This document shows, piece by piece, positions 49,438 through 59,007 of a DNA stretch of 64,000 bases (position 1 is its first letter; each line of letters starts with the position of its first letter). The notes below the pieces were generated by a model. It searched no databases and was not told the origin of the DNA. It was given only the letters and a program-made list of their open reading frames with translations. The stretch is from a virus (taxonomy: Duplodnaviria; Caudoviricetes): the IMG/VR virus record IMGVR_UViG_3300032312_001958; one strand, given 5' to 3'. The position numbers were made by a program, and so were the translations under genes.

Positions 49438-49762
49438 GGTGGGTGTGGTGTTTTATTGTTCTACAAATATACGGCGATTATTTTTACCACACAAGAAAAA
49501 TCTTATCTTTTTTTCTTTAAAGCAGGGTGGAGTACACACTCCAAGCATTCTATTATGTGCCAGCCCTTTATCCCCTCATCGTTATAAGGTACGTAATACA
49601 AAGTTACGGCAAAAATAATTAATAAAAAAATAGGATGCTAACTTTATTCTCCGTATCTTTGTGTTGGTGCTTTTTTATATAAAAAAAAATATATAAGGCA
49701 CCAAGCTAAGTTACGGCAGAAAATCCATATACACAAATAAAGTTATTAACTATTTATACAGT

Positions 49763-49948
49763 ATGAAGAAATATATACTAACCCTAATTATGTTAGTTGT
49801 TATGATAACATCCTGTTCATCCCCACAACATGGGTTCGACTACCAACGACATGTTAAAATACAAAAAAAAATGGTTAAGAAAATGAATCGAACCAACAAA
49901 CGATTGGGTAAAACATATTTTTTAATTGAAAACCAATCTAATAAATAA
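49763..49948 (+). CDS. small putative lipoprotein
   Basis: lipobox ITS-C. Confidence 0.5.
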   Translation: MKKYILTLIMLVVMITSCSSPQHGFDYQRHVKIQKKMVKKMNRTNKRLGKTYFLIENQSNK

Positions 49949-49981
49949 TTTGTATATATAAAACCTTTGTTGTATATTTGT

Positions 49982-50260
49982 ATGATGAAACCAAAGGTAT
50001 ACACATTTAACGATATAGAATTTAAACCCCACGCAGCAGTGAAGGGTGGAGTTCAAGGTAAACTTATTCTCCCCAACAACATTACTGTATCTGTGGTAGG
50101 TGGTCCACAACTATATGGTGATGGTATAGATACATTCGAGGTGGCAGCATGGTACACCGACTCAAGTGATTGGATTCCCCTTAGTGACCACGATGATGTG
50201 AAAGGTTATGTAGAGAAGGATGAGATTGACTTCATATTATTTGAACTATCTAAAAAGTAA
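49982..50260 (+). CDS. conserved hypothetical phage protein (start revised)
   Basis: SVV.G..LYGDG..TFEVA..DV.GY. Confidence 0.7.
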   Translation: MMKPKVYTFNDIEFKPHAAVKGGVQGKLILPNNITVSVVGGPQLYGDGIDTFEVAAWYTDSSDWIPLSDHDDVKGYVEKDEIDFILFELSKK

Positions 50261-50531
50261 TTAACATATTGGGAGGGGGGAGTTGTTGATAAATATTCAT
50301 AACTCCCCCCCATATACGGGGTACTCCCCCTATACCCCTGACACCCCCCTCCCGTATCCCCCCTTATATAGGTCATTTTGTCAGTCAAAAGGGGGGTACA
50401 ATCCCGTCAATAAAATTTTGGGAAATTTTTTATGGAAAAGGGACCCTCTGTTTTAAAATGTTCCCTATATGTAAAAATAAATTTTTGGAAATTTTTTGGA
50501 AAATTTGTATTTATAGTAAACATTATATATT

Positions 50532-50873
50532 ATGAAAAAAGTTGTAAGATTAACGGAATCGGATTTAACCAATATTGTTAAACGTGTGATTAATGAGGAC
50601 AACTCAAATTTTCTTCGTAAGAGGTTAAATTTTATAAATAGAATTCTTGACGAGGTAATCAGTGAATTAAACCCTAGTGAATACGAGTCGGAAGATTATA
50701 ATGATTATAAGGAGGAGGTTCAGTGGAGAACATGGGGAACAATGTCGTATGAAATGGATTATGAGTTACCAAAGGGGGAAAAGACGGAGGAATTCTTTTC
50801 AATAATGGAAACACCTGAGATTATTGAAAAAATTAAGAAAGGATATTCTCGGTATAAGAAGATGAGAAAATAA
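50532..50873 (+). CDS. LTESDL-leader protein
   Basis: MKKVVRLTESDLTNIVKRVINED. Confidence 0.78.
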   Translation: MKKVVRLTESDLTNIVKRVINEDNSNFLRKRLNFINRILDEVISELNPSEYESEDYNDYKEEVQWRTWGTMSYEMDYELPKGEKTEEFFSIMETPEIIEKIKKGYSRYKKMRK

Positions 50874-50893
50874 AATTGTATATATTTTTCATT

Positions 50894-50923
50894 AACCCCT
50901 TTGATTTTTCAAGGGGTTTTTTT
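50894..50923 (+). terminator. intrinsic terminator
   Basis: AACCCCTTTGA...TCAAGGGGTTTTTTT. Confidence 0.7.
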
Positions 50924-50934
50924 ATTTTTGTATT

Positions 50935-51195
50935 ATGGAAGATAAGGAAAGAATACAGGAATTGGAAGGTACCATCTTTGACTTGAGGTCTGAGTTAAAT
51001 GAGTGTATTGATAAGGAAAGAATATATAGGGAAATATTATCTGAGATTAATGATTCTATTATTAATTTACTTCAAAGGGAACAGGAGAATGAGAGATTTA
51101 GGTTTGATGAGAAGATTGATTTTAGGAAGTATGTTATCAATGTGAAAAAGGACCTTGATGAATATAGAAGGTTGTATAGGAATATTAGTTTTTGA
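50935..51195 (+). CDS. coiled-coil protein duplicated as C-terminus of next gene
   Basis: ELEGTIFD..ECID.ERIYR..QREQENERFRFDEKIDFR.YVINVKKDLDEYRR in both. Confidence 0.7.
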   Translation: MEDKERIQELEGTIFDLRSELNECIDKERIYREILSEINDSIINLLQREQENERFRFDEKIDFRKYVINVKKDLDEYRRLYRNISF

Positions 51196-51288
51196 AAATT
51201 TATGTTTACAAAAATCCAAACCATCATATATTAATAATTGAATACACTCAATAATAGTTACAAGATTACTTAAATAAAAAATAACAAT

Positions 51289-52215
51289 ATGTCATACAAA
51301 GAAATTTTTAGTGGGATTTATGAAAATTATGGATTTGGAAGTTCTGAAAGTCGTTCAGGTCCTGGTAGTACTTTAGAAGAAACTAAATTAATTAGAGAAG
51401 AAATTAAAAAACTAATCGTTAAAAAAGGAATTAAGTCCGTTGTTGATATCCCATGTGGTGACTTTCATTGGATGAAAGAAATAGTTTTTAATTTTGACTC
51501 ATATATAGGGGGGGATATTGTAGAAAAAGCTATTGAAACAAATAATGAAAGATATAGCAATTCTAGAATAAAATTTATACACTTTGACCTTGTAAATGAT
51601 ACTATCCCTGAAGGAGATTTATTAATTGTCAGAGATGTTATAGGTCATTTTCCTATTGAGGATGGGAAAAAAATTATAGAAAATATACTTAAATCAAAAT
51701 GTAAATATCTTTTAAGTACTACATGGGCTAATAAAAGAGATAATGTTTGGAGTAAGTGTAGTCCTGGAGATGTTCATAGAGAAAATGAAGGAGTAGATTT
51801 TGGTAGATTTTATCCTGTTAACTTAATGGCAGCACCTTTTAATTTTCCTGAAGCTGATATTTTCTTAGAAGAAGATGTAAGAGTTGATAATTGGGAAAAT
51901 GGAAATAGGAAAGTATTAGCTTTATGGGATTTACAAAAAGTAAGAGATTATTTATTAACAGTAAAAGTTATTGAACCGGAACTTGAAGGTACGATTTTTG
52001 ACGAGGAGTCTGAGTTAAAGGAGTGTATTGATAGGGAAAGAATATATAGGAAGATATTATCTGAGATTGACAATTCTATTGATAATCTATTCCAGCGTGA
52101 ACAGGAAAATGAGAGGTTTAGGTTCGATGAGAAGATTGATTTTAGACAATATGTTATTAATGTGAAAAAGGATTTGGATGAGTATAGAAGAATATATAGG
52201 AATATTAATTTTTGA
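51289..52215 (+). CDS. class I SAM-dependent methyltransferase fused to duplicated coiled-coil module
   Basis: SRSGPGS, VVDIPCGD..W, YIGGDIV, DL.I.RDV..H, NL...PFNFP. Confidence 0.8.
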   Translation: MSYKEIFSGIYENYGFGSSESRSGPGSTLEETKLIREEIKKLIVKKGIKSVVDIPCGDFHWMKEIVFNFDSYIGGDIVEKAIETNNERYSNSRIKFIHFDLVNDTIPEGDLLIVRDVIGHFPIEDGKKIIENILKSKCKYLLSTTWANKRDNVWSKCSPGDVHRENEGVDFGRFYPVNLMAAPFNFPEADIFLEEDVRVDNWENGNRKVLALWDLQKVRDYLLTVKVIEPELEGTIFDEESELKECIDRERIYRKILSEIDNSIDNLFQREQENERFRFDEKIDFRQYVINVKKDLDEYRRIYRNINF

Positions 52216-52314
52216 GAACATGACCCCCATCTGTAAATGAAGAAAAAATAATTTTTTTTCCGTTGTTGTCAATCCCCCTACCCCCTTTTTTATTTTTAAC
52301 GTATTTATTGTAAT

Positions 52315-52623
52315 ATGAAATACATTATTACACCTGAACAGTTGGACAAAGTTATAACACCTTATTTTGATAGGGTGTTTAAAGATGCCGAGTGGAGTGA
52401 AAAATATATTGGTGGATATGGTGAAACGTGGCACGGTTTATTTAATCGGGATGGTGAGATGTTGGTCGGTCATCCAGAATCTGATAGTTCCACTTATTAT
52501 ACTGACGGAACATATTTTAGTAATATGTGGGAGTTCTTTAGTGTTGACGCAAAAGAATTTACTGATGCGATAGGTCGTTACATTAAAAAAACATATGGGT
52601 ATGAGTTTAGTAATATTTGGTAA
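52315..52623 (+). CDS. MKYIIT-family protein
   Basis: MKYIITPEQLDK..FFS..IGRY. Confidence 0.75.
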   Translation: MKYIITPEQLDKVITPYFDRVFKDAEWSEKYIGGYGETWHGLFNRDGEMLVGHPESDSSTYYTDGTYFSNMWEFFSVDAKEFTDAIGRYIKKTYGYEFSNIW

Positions 52624-52740
52624 TATGACCGTCCTACTTCTATATGGAATACCGTATTTGTGTAAATAAAAAATAATTTTTTTTTCCGTTGTTCCAATCC
52701 CCCCTACCCCCTTTTTTATTTTGATTATATTTATTCTTAT

Positions 52741-53280
52741 ATGAAATATATTATTACTGAAGCACAATATTCCGCATTGAGGAAACTAATTAAAAAACAC
52801 GAAGACACTATCAGTTTTTTAAAGACGGACATTTCAAGTGCAATTGAAACCGACGTAACTAATTTTTTAAACTCCAAGTTTCAAGGTAGATTTGGAACCC
52901 ATGGTTGGATGCAATATCCTGGATTTTTTATTTATCCTGATAAATTAACTTCTGAACTTGCAAAATATAATAGGAATGAGCCGGCTTTGATTATTTCATA
53001 TCATATAAAAAAATCTACGGGCAAAGTTGAGATTAATATTTTTTGGAATCCTAAAGTAAATTTTAATTATAAGACAGAAAATGGTATATGGAAACGAAAC
53101 ACATATCCCACAAACCGTATTAAGTGGGACTATATGAATGACCCTGATGGGGAAGAAGAATTCTATTCTAAATTGGAAAAGACCATTAATGGAAGAATTA
53201 GTGAAAAAGCTCAAAACAAAATTATTGATGATTTTGAAAAACTTTATAAGGAGGAGTATCAAACTAATATATTAAATTAA
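52741..53280 (+). CDS. MKYIITEAQ-leader protein
   Basis: leader. Confidence 0.75.
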   Translation: MKYIITEAQYSALRKLIKKHEDTISFLKTDISSAIETDVTNFLNSKFQGRFGTHGWMQYPGFFIYPDKLTSELAKYNRNEPALIISYHIKKSTGKVEINIFWNPKVNFNYKTENGIWKRNTYPTNRIKWDYMNDPDGEEEFYSKLEKTINGRISEKAQNKIIDDFEKLYKEEYQTNILN

Positions 53281-53346
53281 TTTCTAAAATTTTTTTTTTG
53301 TTTTTCAATCCCCCCTACCCCCTTTTTTTGTATCTTTGTATCTCAT

Positions 53347-53628
53347 ATGCAAAAACCCATTGAAAAAATCGTTAGTCATATTGTGGAAAAGAAATATCCA
53401 TTGTTTAAGGATATTCATGTGAGGTCAGAGAAGAATGTGTTTCGTTATCACAAATATGGGGAAAGTGGTATAGATTATTATATTACCTTGATTATTGATT
53501 TTAAAATATTCCTTATGGAATATTGGGAAAGGTGGAATGAAATTAAAAATTTAGTTATTGATACAATTAAATTTCTTGGTATTGAGAACACCATTAAGGT
53601 TCAAATTAAGTATTCCGATAAATTATAA
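53347..53628 (+). CDS. hypothetical protein
   Basis: follows TATCTTTG; terminator-like hairpin 53637-53668. Confidence 0.6.
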   Translation: MQKPIEKIVSHIVEKKYPLFKDIHVRSEKNVFRYHKYGESGIDYYITLIIDFKIFLMEYWERWNEIKNLVIDTIKFLGIENTIKVQIKYSDKL

Positions 53629-53684
53629 TAAAAACTAAACCCCATTCATTTGTTTGATGGGGTTTTTTGTTTTATATTTGCTCT

Positions 53685-54182
53685 ATGAATTTAGATAACT
53701 ACACTTTTGACGAACTTATTAAATTAAAGAATGAAGTTAACTTCCGAATCAATTCTTTTGAGGATGGGTATTTTTATATCTGTGATGTTCGTTCTTATGG
53801 TAGGAATTGGAAAGAGAATCATATAAATCCCCATACGGTTCAGGAACTATGTTATCATTATTTTGGTGATGAAGGTATTGTTGATGTTTATACAAACAAT
53901 CCTGATTTGAATATTGATAACTATGGTAATGTTATGTATGTTCTCACAAAAGAAGATTTGGAGAAATGGAAAAATTATACATTTTTGAAAAATCATATTC
54001 CTGGATGGGAAAAAGAGATTGAGGAGTGGGAAAACCGAGATAATGTTCCATTTAATCGTCGTCCATTATTTGCCCCCATCTATTCTGCTGAAGCTATTGA
54101 GGAGAGTAAAAAGGAAATGTCCGAACTTGAGGGTACATTTGTGGTACCTGTAAGTATTGAGAGACATTTTGAGGAAGAGTGA
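53685..54182 (+). CDS. hypothetical protein (start revised)
   Basis: ATG 4 nt after TATATTTG. Confidence 0.7.
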   Translation: MNLDNYTFDELIKLKNEVNFRINSFEDGYFYICDVRSYGRNWKENHINPHTVQELCYHYFGDEGIVDVYTNNPDLNIDNYGNVMYVLTKEDLEKWKNYTFLKNHIPGWEKEIEEWENRDNVPFNRRPLFAPIYSAEAIEESKKEMSELEGTFVVPVSIERHFEEE

Positions 54183-54222
54183 TTTTTTTTGTCATATAAT
54201 GTATTTATAATAAAACATTATT

Positions 54223-54654
54223 ATGAAACATCTTTTAAATAACATTTCTGAAGAAGAAAAAAACAGAATCCGCGAACAACACACAGGAGGTAAAAAAATC
54301 GTAATTGAAAACTTTAATAAATTGTTGAATAGCAAGTTGGGTGATGCTAAACCATTGATTAGTGAGCAAAAAACTGAAGACCCAACTAAAGACATGTATA
54401 GTGTTTTAATTGGTTATTTAGTTAAACTTTCAGAAGATGGAGGTAAAAAAGGAATCCAAGGATTGGATGACATGGCGGCAATCAAAGAAACGAGAATGTA
54501 TTTTGAAGCGTTGAGGGATGGAAAAACCCCAAAACCTTTGAGTAAGCCTGCTGAAATTGTTAAAAATTATGCAATGGCCGAAACAAGAAAAATACAAGGA
54601 CAAGAATTAGTTGCTTTAAAACAGTATGGTGAGAACGTTAAAACTAAACTTTAA
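54223..54654 (+). CDS. ISEEEKNRI-leader protein
   Basis: MKHLLNNISEEEKNRIREQH..LISEQ. Confidence 0.72.
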   Translation: MKHLLNNISEEEKNRIREQHTGGKKIVIENFNKLLNSKLGDAKPLISEQKTEDPTKDMYSVLIGYLVKLSEDGGKKGIQGLDDMAAIKETRMYFEALRDGKTPKPLSKPAEIVKNYAMAETRKIQGQELVALKQYGENVKTKL

Positions 54655-54971
54655 TGAAACTCAAAATATCCCAATCTAAGTTAACTACTCTTGCTCAAAC
54701 TGCGGTAGATAATACTCTGATGACCATTAAAAATGAATCAGAAGATTGGGGTATGGGTGAGATGTCTGAACTTGTTCAAGTTGATGGGGTAGAAAAAATT
54801 GAGGTAGTTAAAGTTGAAAAAAAAGGTAACCCATTTAAAATTGACGTGATATTCTATGTCAATGATGATGGAATATACTACAGTGAATTAATTGAGGAGA
54901 TATCTGCAAGGGTGGACCAAGATTGGATTCCTAATTCATACATACATGTTATTGAATTTATTAAAATTTAA
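54654..54971 (+). CDS. hypothetical protein with KISQSKL leader
   Basis: coupled ORF. Confidence 0.65.
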   Translation: MKLKISQSKLTTLAQTAVDNTLMTIKNESEDWGMGEMSELVQVDGVEKIEVVKVEKKGNPFKIDVIFYVNDDGIYYSELIEEISARVDQDWIPNSYIHVIEFIKI

Positions 54972-55327
54972 TAAGTAAAATCAACTTCTAAGTATACGTG
55001 ACTTAGAAAGTTATCAATATCTTTCACAATACTTTCAGTGAAATTGTCTAATAAGTATTCAGGGATATCATCTAAAGAATACCCTGTCTCAAATTGACCT
55101 CCAACACCCTGAAGAACTTCCAATGGTTTAACATAGACAACACCTTCGTATTTGAATTTACCTTCTTTTTCTTTATGTAAAGAAATCTTAGTTACTTTAT
55201 ATGGGATTCTAACATCAATTGGTAATTCGTTTTCAGAATATGGGGTATAGTAGTAATCTTCAAATACTCCGTTAGATTTTACAAACTTTTTAATTAATTC
55301 AATAGTGATTAATATATCTTTATCCAT
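54968..55327 (-). CDS. hypothetical protein
   Basis: 119-aa ORF. Confidence 0.55.
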   Translation of the reverse strand: MDKDILITIELIKKFVKSNGVFEDYYYTPYSENELPIDVRIPYKVTKISLHKEKEGKFKYEGVVYVKPLEVLQGVGGQFETGYSLDDIPEYLLDNFTESIVKDIDNFLSHVYLEVDFTY

Positions 55328-55339
55328 ATATTTATAAAT

Positions 55340-55849
55340 ATGTCAGATAACTTTTCACAGAAGATAATTTCTCAATTAGATAATGGAATGTCTCCATTAG
55401 AGATTGCGGAGTATTTTGGTGGTTTGGAACCATTTATTCAAAAGGTTTCGAGGTATCCTTATTTAAAAGCATTGGTTGATTCAAAGTTAGGAGGTGAACT
55501 TGAGTTTGAAACTGAAGTAAATGATTATTTTAAAAGATACAAAGTACCAGTACAAATAACTGAAATTGAAAAGGCCGATGACTTTGAAGAAATGTATGAC
55601 ATTTATGTTGATGTGGTAATACCAGAAGTTACAGATAAATCCGATATTGCAATTTTATTTAATTATTTACACAATATAGAACCTGATTATGCTGATGATT
55701 GGGCATACTTTAATGATATGAAATTTAATTCTGATACAATGACACATGTCGTGTCAATCAATGGTATTAATTGGAAAGATATGAACCTATTGATTAACAC
55801 GACAGAAGAAGACGTTGAAAGAATAATCCCTAACAAATACGAAATATAA
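55340..55849 (+). CDS. hypothetical protein
   Basis: 169-aa ORF after ATATTTAT. Confidence 0.65.
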   Translation: MSDNFSQKIISQLDNGMSPLEIAEYFGGLEPFIQKVSRYPYLKALVDSKLGGELEFETEVNDYFKRYKVPVQITEIEKADDFEEMYDIYVDVVIPEVTDKSDIAILFNYLHNIEPDYADDWAYFNDMKFNSDTMTHVVSINGINWKDMNLLINTTEEDVERIIPNKYEI

Positions 55850-55850
55850 T

Positions 55851-56327
55851 ATGGAAAGAAGTAGTTTAGAAAGATTTAATGATAAAATATTAATTAAAAT
55901 CATTGACATCATATTGAAAGATTTTGATGGTGATGAATGGAAAAATGTGTTTGATGATGCATTGTATTATGAAAAATATGAGTCAAATATCGGAGCTCTT
56001 GGGATTGATGTTGAAACAATTGATGTGGATTATATGTATTCATTGATTACATTAAACATTAGAGACGATTTTAAAATTCCATTAAATAGACCGAATCTTG
56101 CAAAATATGCTCAAGATGTTGATGTAAGTGAAAGGGTTATCCAAACAAACAGGTTTAGAAATTTTGTATATTCATATGATGAAAATATTGTCACTGAAAA
56201 GTTTAGATTTGAGGAAAGTGAAGGAATACTTTCAATATACGACGGTGAAATAATTAATACTGAGGTTCATGATAGTGAGTCCCATGATTGGGAATATTTT
56301 TCACCTGATAAGATAAAAGATATTTAA
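55851..56327 (+). CDS. hypothetical acidic protein
   Basis: 158-aa ORF. Confidence 0.65.
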   Translation: MERSSLERFNDKILIKIIDIILKDFDGDEWKNVFDDALYYEKYESNIGALGIDVETIDVDYMYSLITLNIRDDFKIPLNRPNLAKYAQDVDVSERVIQTNRFRNFVYSYDENIVTEKFRFEESEGILSIYDGEIINTEVHDSESHDWEYFSPDKIKDI

Positions 56328-56336
56328 AATATTCAC

Positions 56337-56450
56337 ATGGCAAAGGCAAAAAAACAAGGTAAACCAAAACGTAATAGACGTAACTTTTTTAAAAATCTTA
56401 AAAGGATTTTAAATAACGTAAAAGTATTGAGAGAAATTAAGGAATCTTAA
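56337..56450 (+). CDS. small basic protein (not in ORF track)
   Basis: MAKAKKQGKPKRNRRNFFKNLKRILNNVKVLREIKES; TAATG coupling. Confidence 0.5.
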   Translation: MAKAKKQGKPKRNRRNFFKNLKRILNNVKVLREIKES

Positions 56451-56752
56451 TGAAACATATTTTAACTGACAAACAAGTAAAACAAATTATAGAAAAAGGT
56501 GAAACTCTATTGAAATCTTTATTTAACGATGACGATAGGATATGCGGATTCAAAATATTTTTAAACGATGAACGTATAGATGATGATGATTCAGTTTTTG
56601 ATGTATATGTTTTGTTAAATAAAAAGTGGGTGATTGAAGACAATTGGTCAACCTTTAGGTCAGGACATATTCGAGACAAGGTTAAACAAACCGCATCTCA
56701 AATCATTAGTAAAAACATTGAAGTTTATAGTTACGCTAAAGATTGTAAATAA
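56450..56752 (+). CDS. MKHILTDKQ-leader protein
   Basis: leader variant. Confidence 0.65.
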   Translation: MKHILTDKQVKQIIEKGETLLKSLFNDDDRICGFKIFLNDERIDDDDSVFDVYVLLNKKWVIEDNWSTFRSGHIRDKVKQTASQIISKNIEVYSYAKDCK

Positions 56753-57364
56753 TTATTTTGATAAATGAGACATTAACACTCCCCCTAATGCGGTTGCGTG
56801 TACTTGTAAATGGTTAATTGACTCCATATCAAGTTTAGTTTTACGTTTAGTAAAATCTAAACCTAATGTACCAATAAATTTTTCATCTATTGATTTAATT
56901 GCGAACAGGTAACCTGATTTACAACCACTCTCTTCAGCAATATATTTTAAACCAAATGTTGAAACTGCATCGTCTTTAAAATCAGGAATCTCAATAACAT
57001 CATTTTCCAATAGTTGATTAATTGATTTACTAAACAAATTAACAGGAATGTTGTGGAAATTTGATTGTATTGAGTTAACACCCGCCCCAACTGTTTCATA
57101 CATCACACTAAATTTTGCCATTGACTTACCTGTTGGATAAAAATTACCTCCGTTATGAAACTGAGTAATCCAAACCCTGTCGGCTTTAAATTCATCTTTA
57201 ATGTGTTCAATTCTTGAGGTTATTAATTCTGAAACTTTTAAAGTCTCATGTACTAAATCTGGTTTTTTCTTACGTTTATTTAAAAAGTTTTTGACAAACA
57301 TAATTGATATTGGTCCTAAGACACCTGTGATAAACGCAACTACAATTTCTGATGATAATTCCAT
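56753..57364 (-). CDS. N-terminal TM + GAF-like domain protein
   Basis: TM then basic patch; ADRV.I.QFHNG; KS..LFAI......IG.LG.DF. Confidence 0.7.
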   Translation of the reverse strand: MELSSEIVVAFITGVLGPISIMFVKNFLNKRKKKPDLVHETLKVSELITSRIEHIKDEFKADRVWITQFHNGGNFYPTGKSMAKFSVMYETVGAGVNSIQSNFHNIPVNLFSKSINQLLENDVIEIPDFKDDAVSTFGLKYIAEESGCKSGYLFAIKSIDEKFIGTLGLDFTKRKTKLDMESINHLQVHATALGGVLMSHLSK

Positions 57365-57448
57365 TACAATATAAATTGAAATTTATTTACTAAATAAATA
57401 TAATCAATTAAATAAAAAAAGTCCAAAATTGATGATATTTATTAAAAT

Positions 57449-57874
57449 ATGAAAATTTCTTTACACGAAAACATTGGGAGAATTAAGTCATTATTATATG
57501 TTAATGAACAAGCCGGCTCCGCACCTTGTAAACAACCCAACCAGATAAAAACAACTTCAGGTGAGACCGAACTCATGGGATATATTTTAGATGTTCTTGA
57601 TGATAACAATATAAATTTAAAAAATTGTAAAGATAAAAAATGTATTGATGATAAAATGTTGGCTGAAAAAATTATAAGTGAGTTACTTAACTCTTTAGTT
57701 GATAAAAGAGATTTGGGTACTGAGTTAAGTTCTGAGAACAAAAGAAATTTTGACTACTACACTAAAATAATGAGAGGGATATTCCCGACGTATAATAAAG
57801 CTCACTATAATAGAGGCACATGCGCCATGAAATCAAAAGTTAGTAAAACAACTACAACAACATATTATAAATGA
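57449..57874 (+). CDS. hypothetical protein with LxENIxRIKSLL leader
   Basis: MKISLHENIGRIKSLLYVNEQ. Confidence 0.65.
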   Translation: MKISLHENIGRIKSLLYVNEQAGSAPCKQPNQIKTTSGETELMGYILDVLDDNNINLKNCKDKKCIDDKMLAEKIISELLNSLVDKRDLGTELSSENKRNFDYYTKIMRGIFPTYNKAHYNRGTCAMKSKVSKTTTTTYYK

Positions 57875-58983
57875 TTATGAGAACAAATTTATTTGAAATT
57901 AGTCAAGACGAAAAAAACAGAATTTTAAACCTTCATGAAGGTCACACAAAAAATCATTATTTAAATTTAATTAATGAAGAATCAACGTACAATCCTAAGT
58001 CAGAAGCAATTCAAAAAAAATTAAGTGAATTAGGTTACGGTAAAATTATTGGAAGTGCTGATGGTAAATACGGACAAAAAACAGCTTGTGCGGTTGCTAA
58101 ATTCCAAGAGGATAACAAATTAACCGTTGATGGTAAAGTTGGTAACGTAACTGCTACAAAACTTGGGGTTGATGCTTATTTTCCTAAAGGTGTTAGTATT
58201 ATTTCTTGTGGTACCAAAAATACTGACAATAAACAAAAAGTGACTGATGACTCAGGTAAACAAAATTGTAAGTCAGTTTTACCTGAAACATGTTCAAAAA
58301 TTAGTCCAAATAAGGAAACTACTATTGGTAATGGTGGAAGTGAGGGTTGTTCACAATATGTTGGACTGTCTATAGGTGAAAAATTAGGTGACGCTTGGAA
58401 AGCCTTTAACGCGGCTAAAAAATACGGAGTTAAATATAATATGTTTACAGACGGTTCAATTGATTGGAATAATGTAAGGAACAAAATGAAATCCAATAAA
58501 ATAAATTCATCAACTTGTGGTTGTTTTACTGAGGAAGGTGAAAGTAAAGATAAATCTTGTAGTTCAGGTTCTGAGATTGCCAAAACTATTAGTTCATTTT
58601 ATCCATCATCGTCTAATTTCAGTAATGGTTCGTTGAAAGTAGGTGATATAGTTGGTATGTATTACAGAGATTCAGGAAACAAAGGTAAAGCGTTTTGTGA
58701 AAGAGTTTTACAAAGAGGATTAGATGGTAGTGGTAATGTTAAAGATACTGACCCATTTACATTTAATACTCACGTTGGATATGTTGGAGCTATTAAAAAT
58801 GGTGTGCCAATAATTTATCATAGTGTGCACGGAACAAGATTAGCAACACCAGCAAACCAATTAAAAAGTAAAAACGGTAGTGCGATGATTGTTTGGGTAA
58901 CAGGTGGACCTCAAAGTGGGTCAGAAAATAAATCAAATCCTTTTGATTTATTTAATGATTTTAAAAATTTTTTAAAAAAATAA
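57871..58983 (+). CDS. peptidoglycan-binding domain + probable Cys/His (NlpC/P60-like) hydrolase, with leader
   Basis: IQKKL..LGY..ADG.YG..T..AV..FQ..N.L.VDG.VG..T; GCSQYV, LKVGDIVG, THVG, IYHS. Confidence 0.7.
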   Translation: MIMRTNLFEISQDEKNRILNLHEGHTKNHYLNLINEESTYNPKSEAIQKKLSELGYGKIIGSADGKYGQKTACAVAKFQEDNKLTVDGKVGNVTATKLGVDAYFPKGVSIISCGTKNTDNKQKVTDDSGKQNCKSVLPETCSKISPNKETTIGNGGSEGCSQYVGLSIGEKLGDAWKAFNAAKKYGVKYNMFTDGSIDWNNVRNKMKSNKINSSTCGCFTEEGESKDKSCSSGSEIAKTISSFYPSSSNFSNGSLKVGDIVGMYYRDSGNKGKAFCERVLQRGLDGSGNVKDTDPFTFNTHVGYVGAIKNGVPIIYHSVHGTRLATPANQLKSKNGSAMIVWVTGGPQSGSENKSNPFDLFNDFKNFLKK

Positions 58984-59007
58984 AGTATTTATATGTAAAT
59001 TAAAATT

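Larger units (their letters stand above)
52244..53329 (+). repeat. three copies of intergenic element AATCCCCC(C)TACCCCCTTTTTT
   Basis: cores at 52271, 52696, 53307; first two also share AAAAATAAT(n)CCGTTGTT. Confidence 0.8.

Noticed and set aside
49127-49618. 163-aa plus-strand ORF
   Set aside because: Antisense shadow of 49018-49437, which has a promoter; the same applies to most short overlapping ORFs in the track.
3008-53684. Recurrent N-terminal Y[IL]C-x-M peptide in ORF-track proteins (3008, 3650, 5005, 17195, 49967, 53667)
   Set aside because: It is the translation of the TA(T/C)nTTTG promoter motif from spurious upstream TTG starts; real starts are the following ATG.
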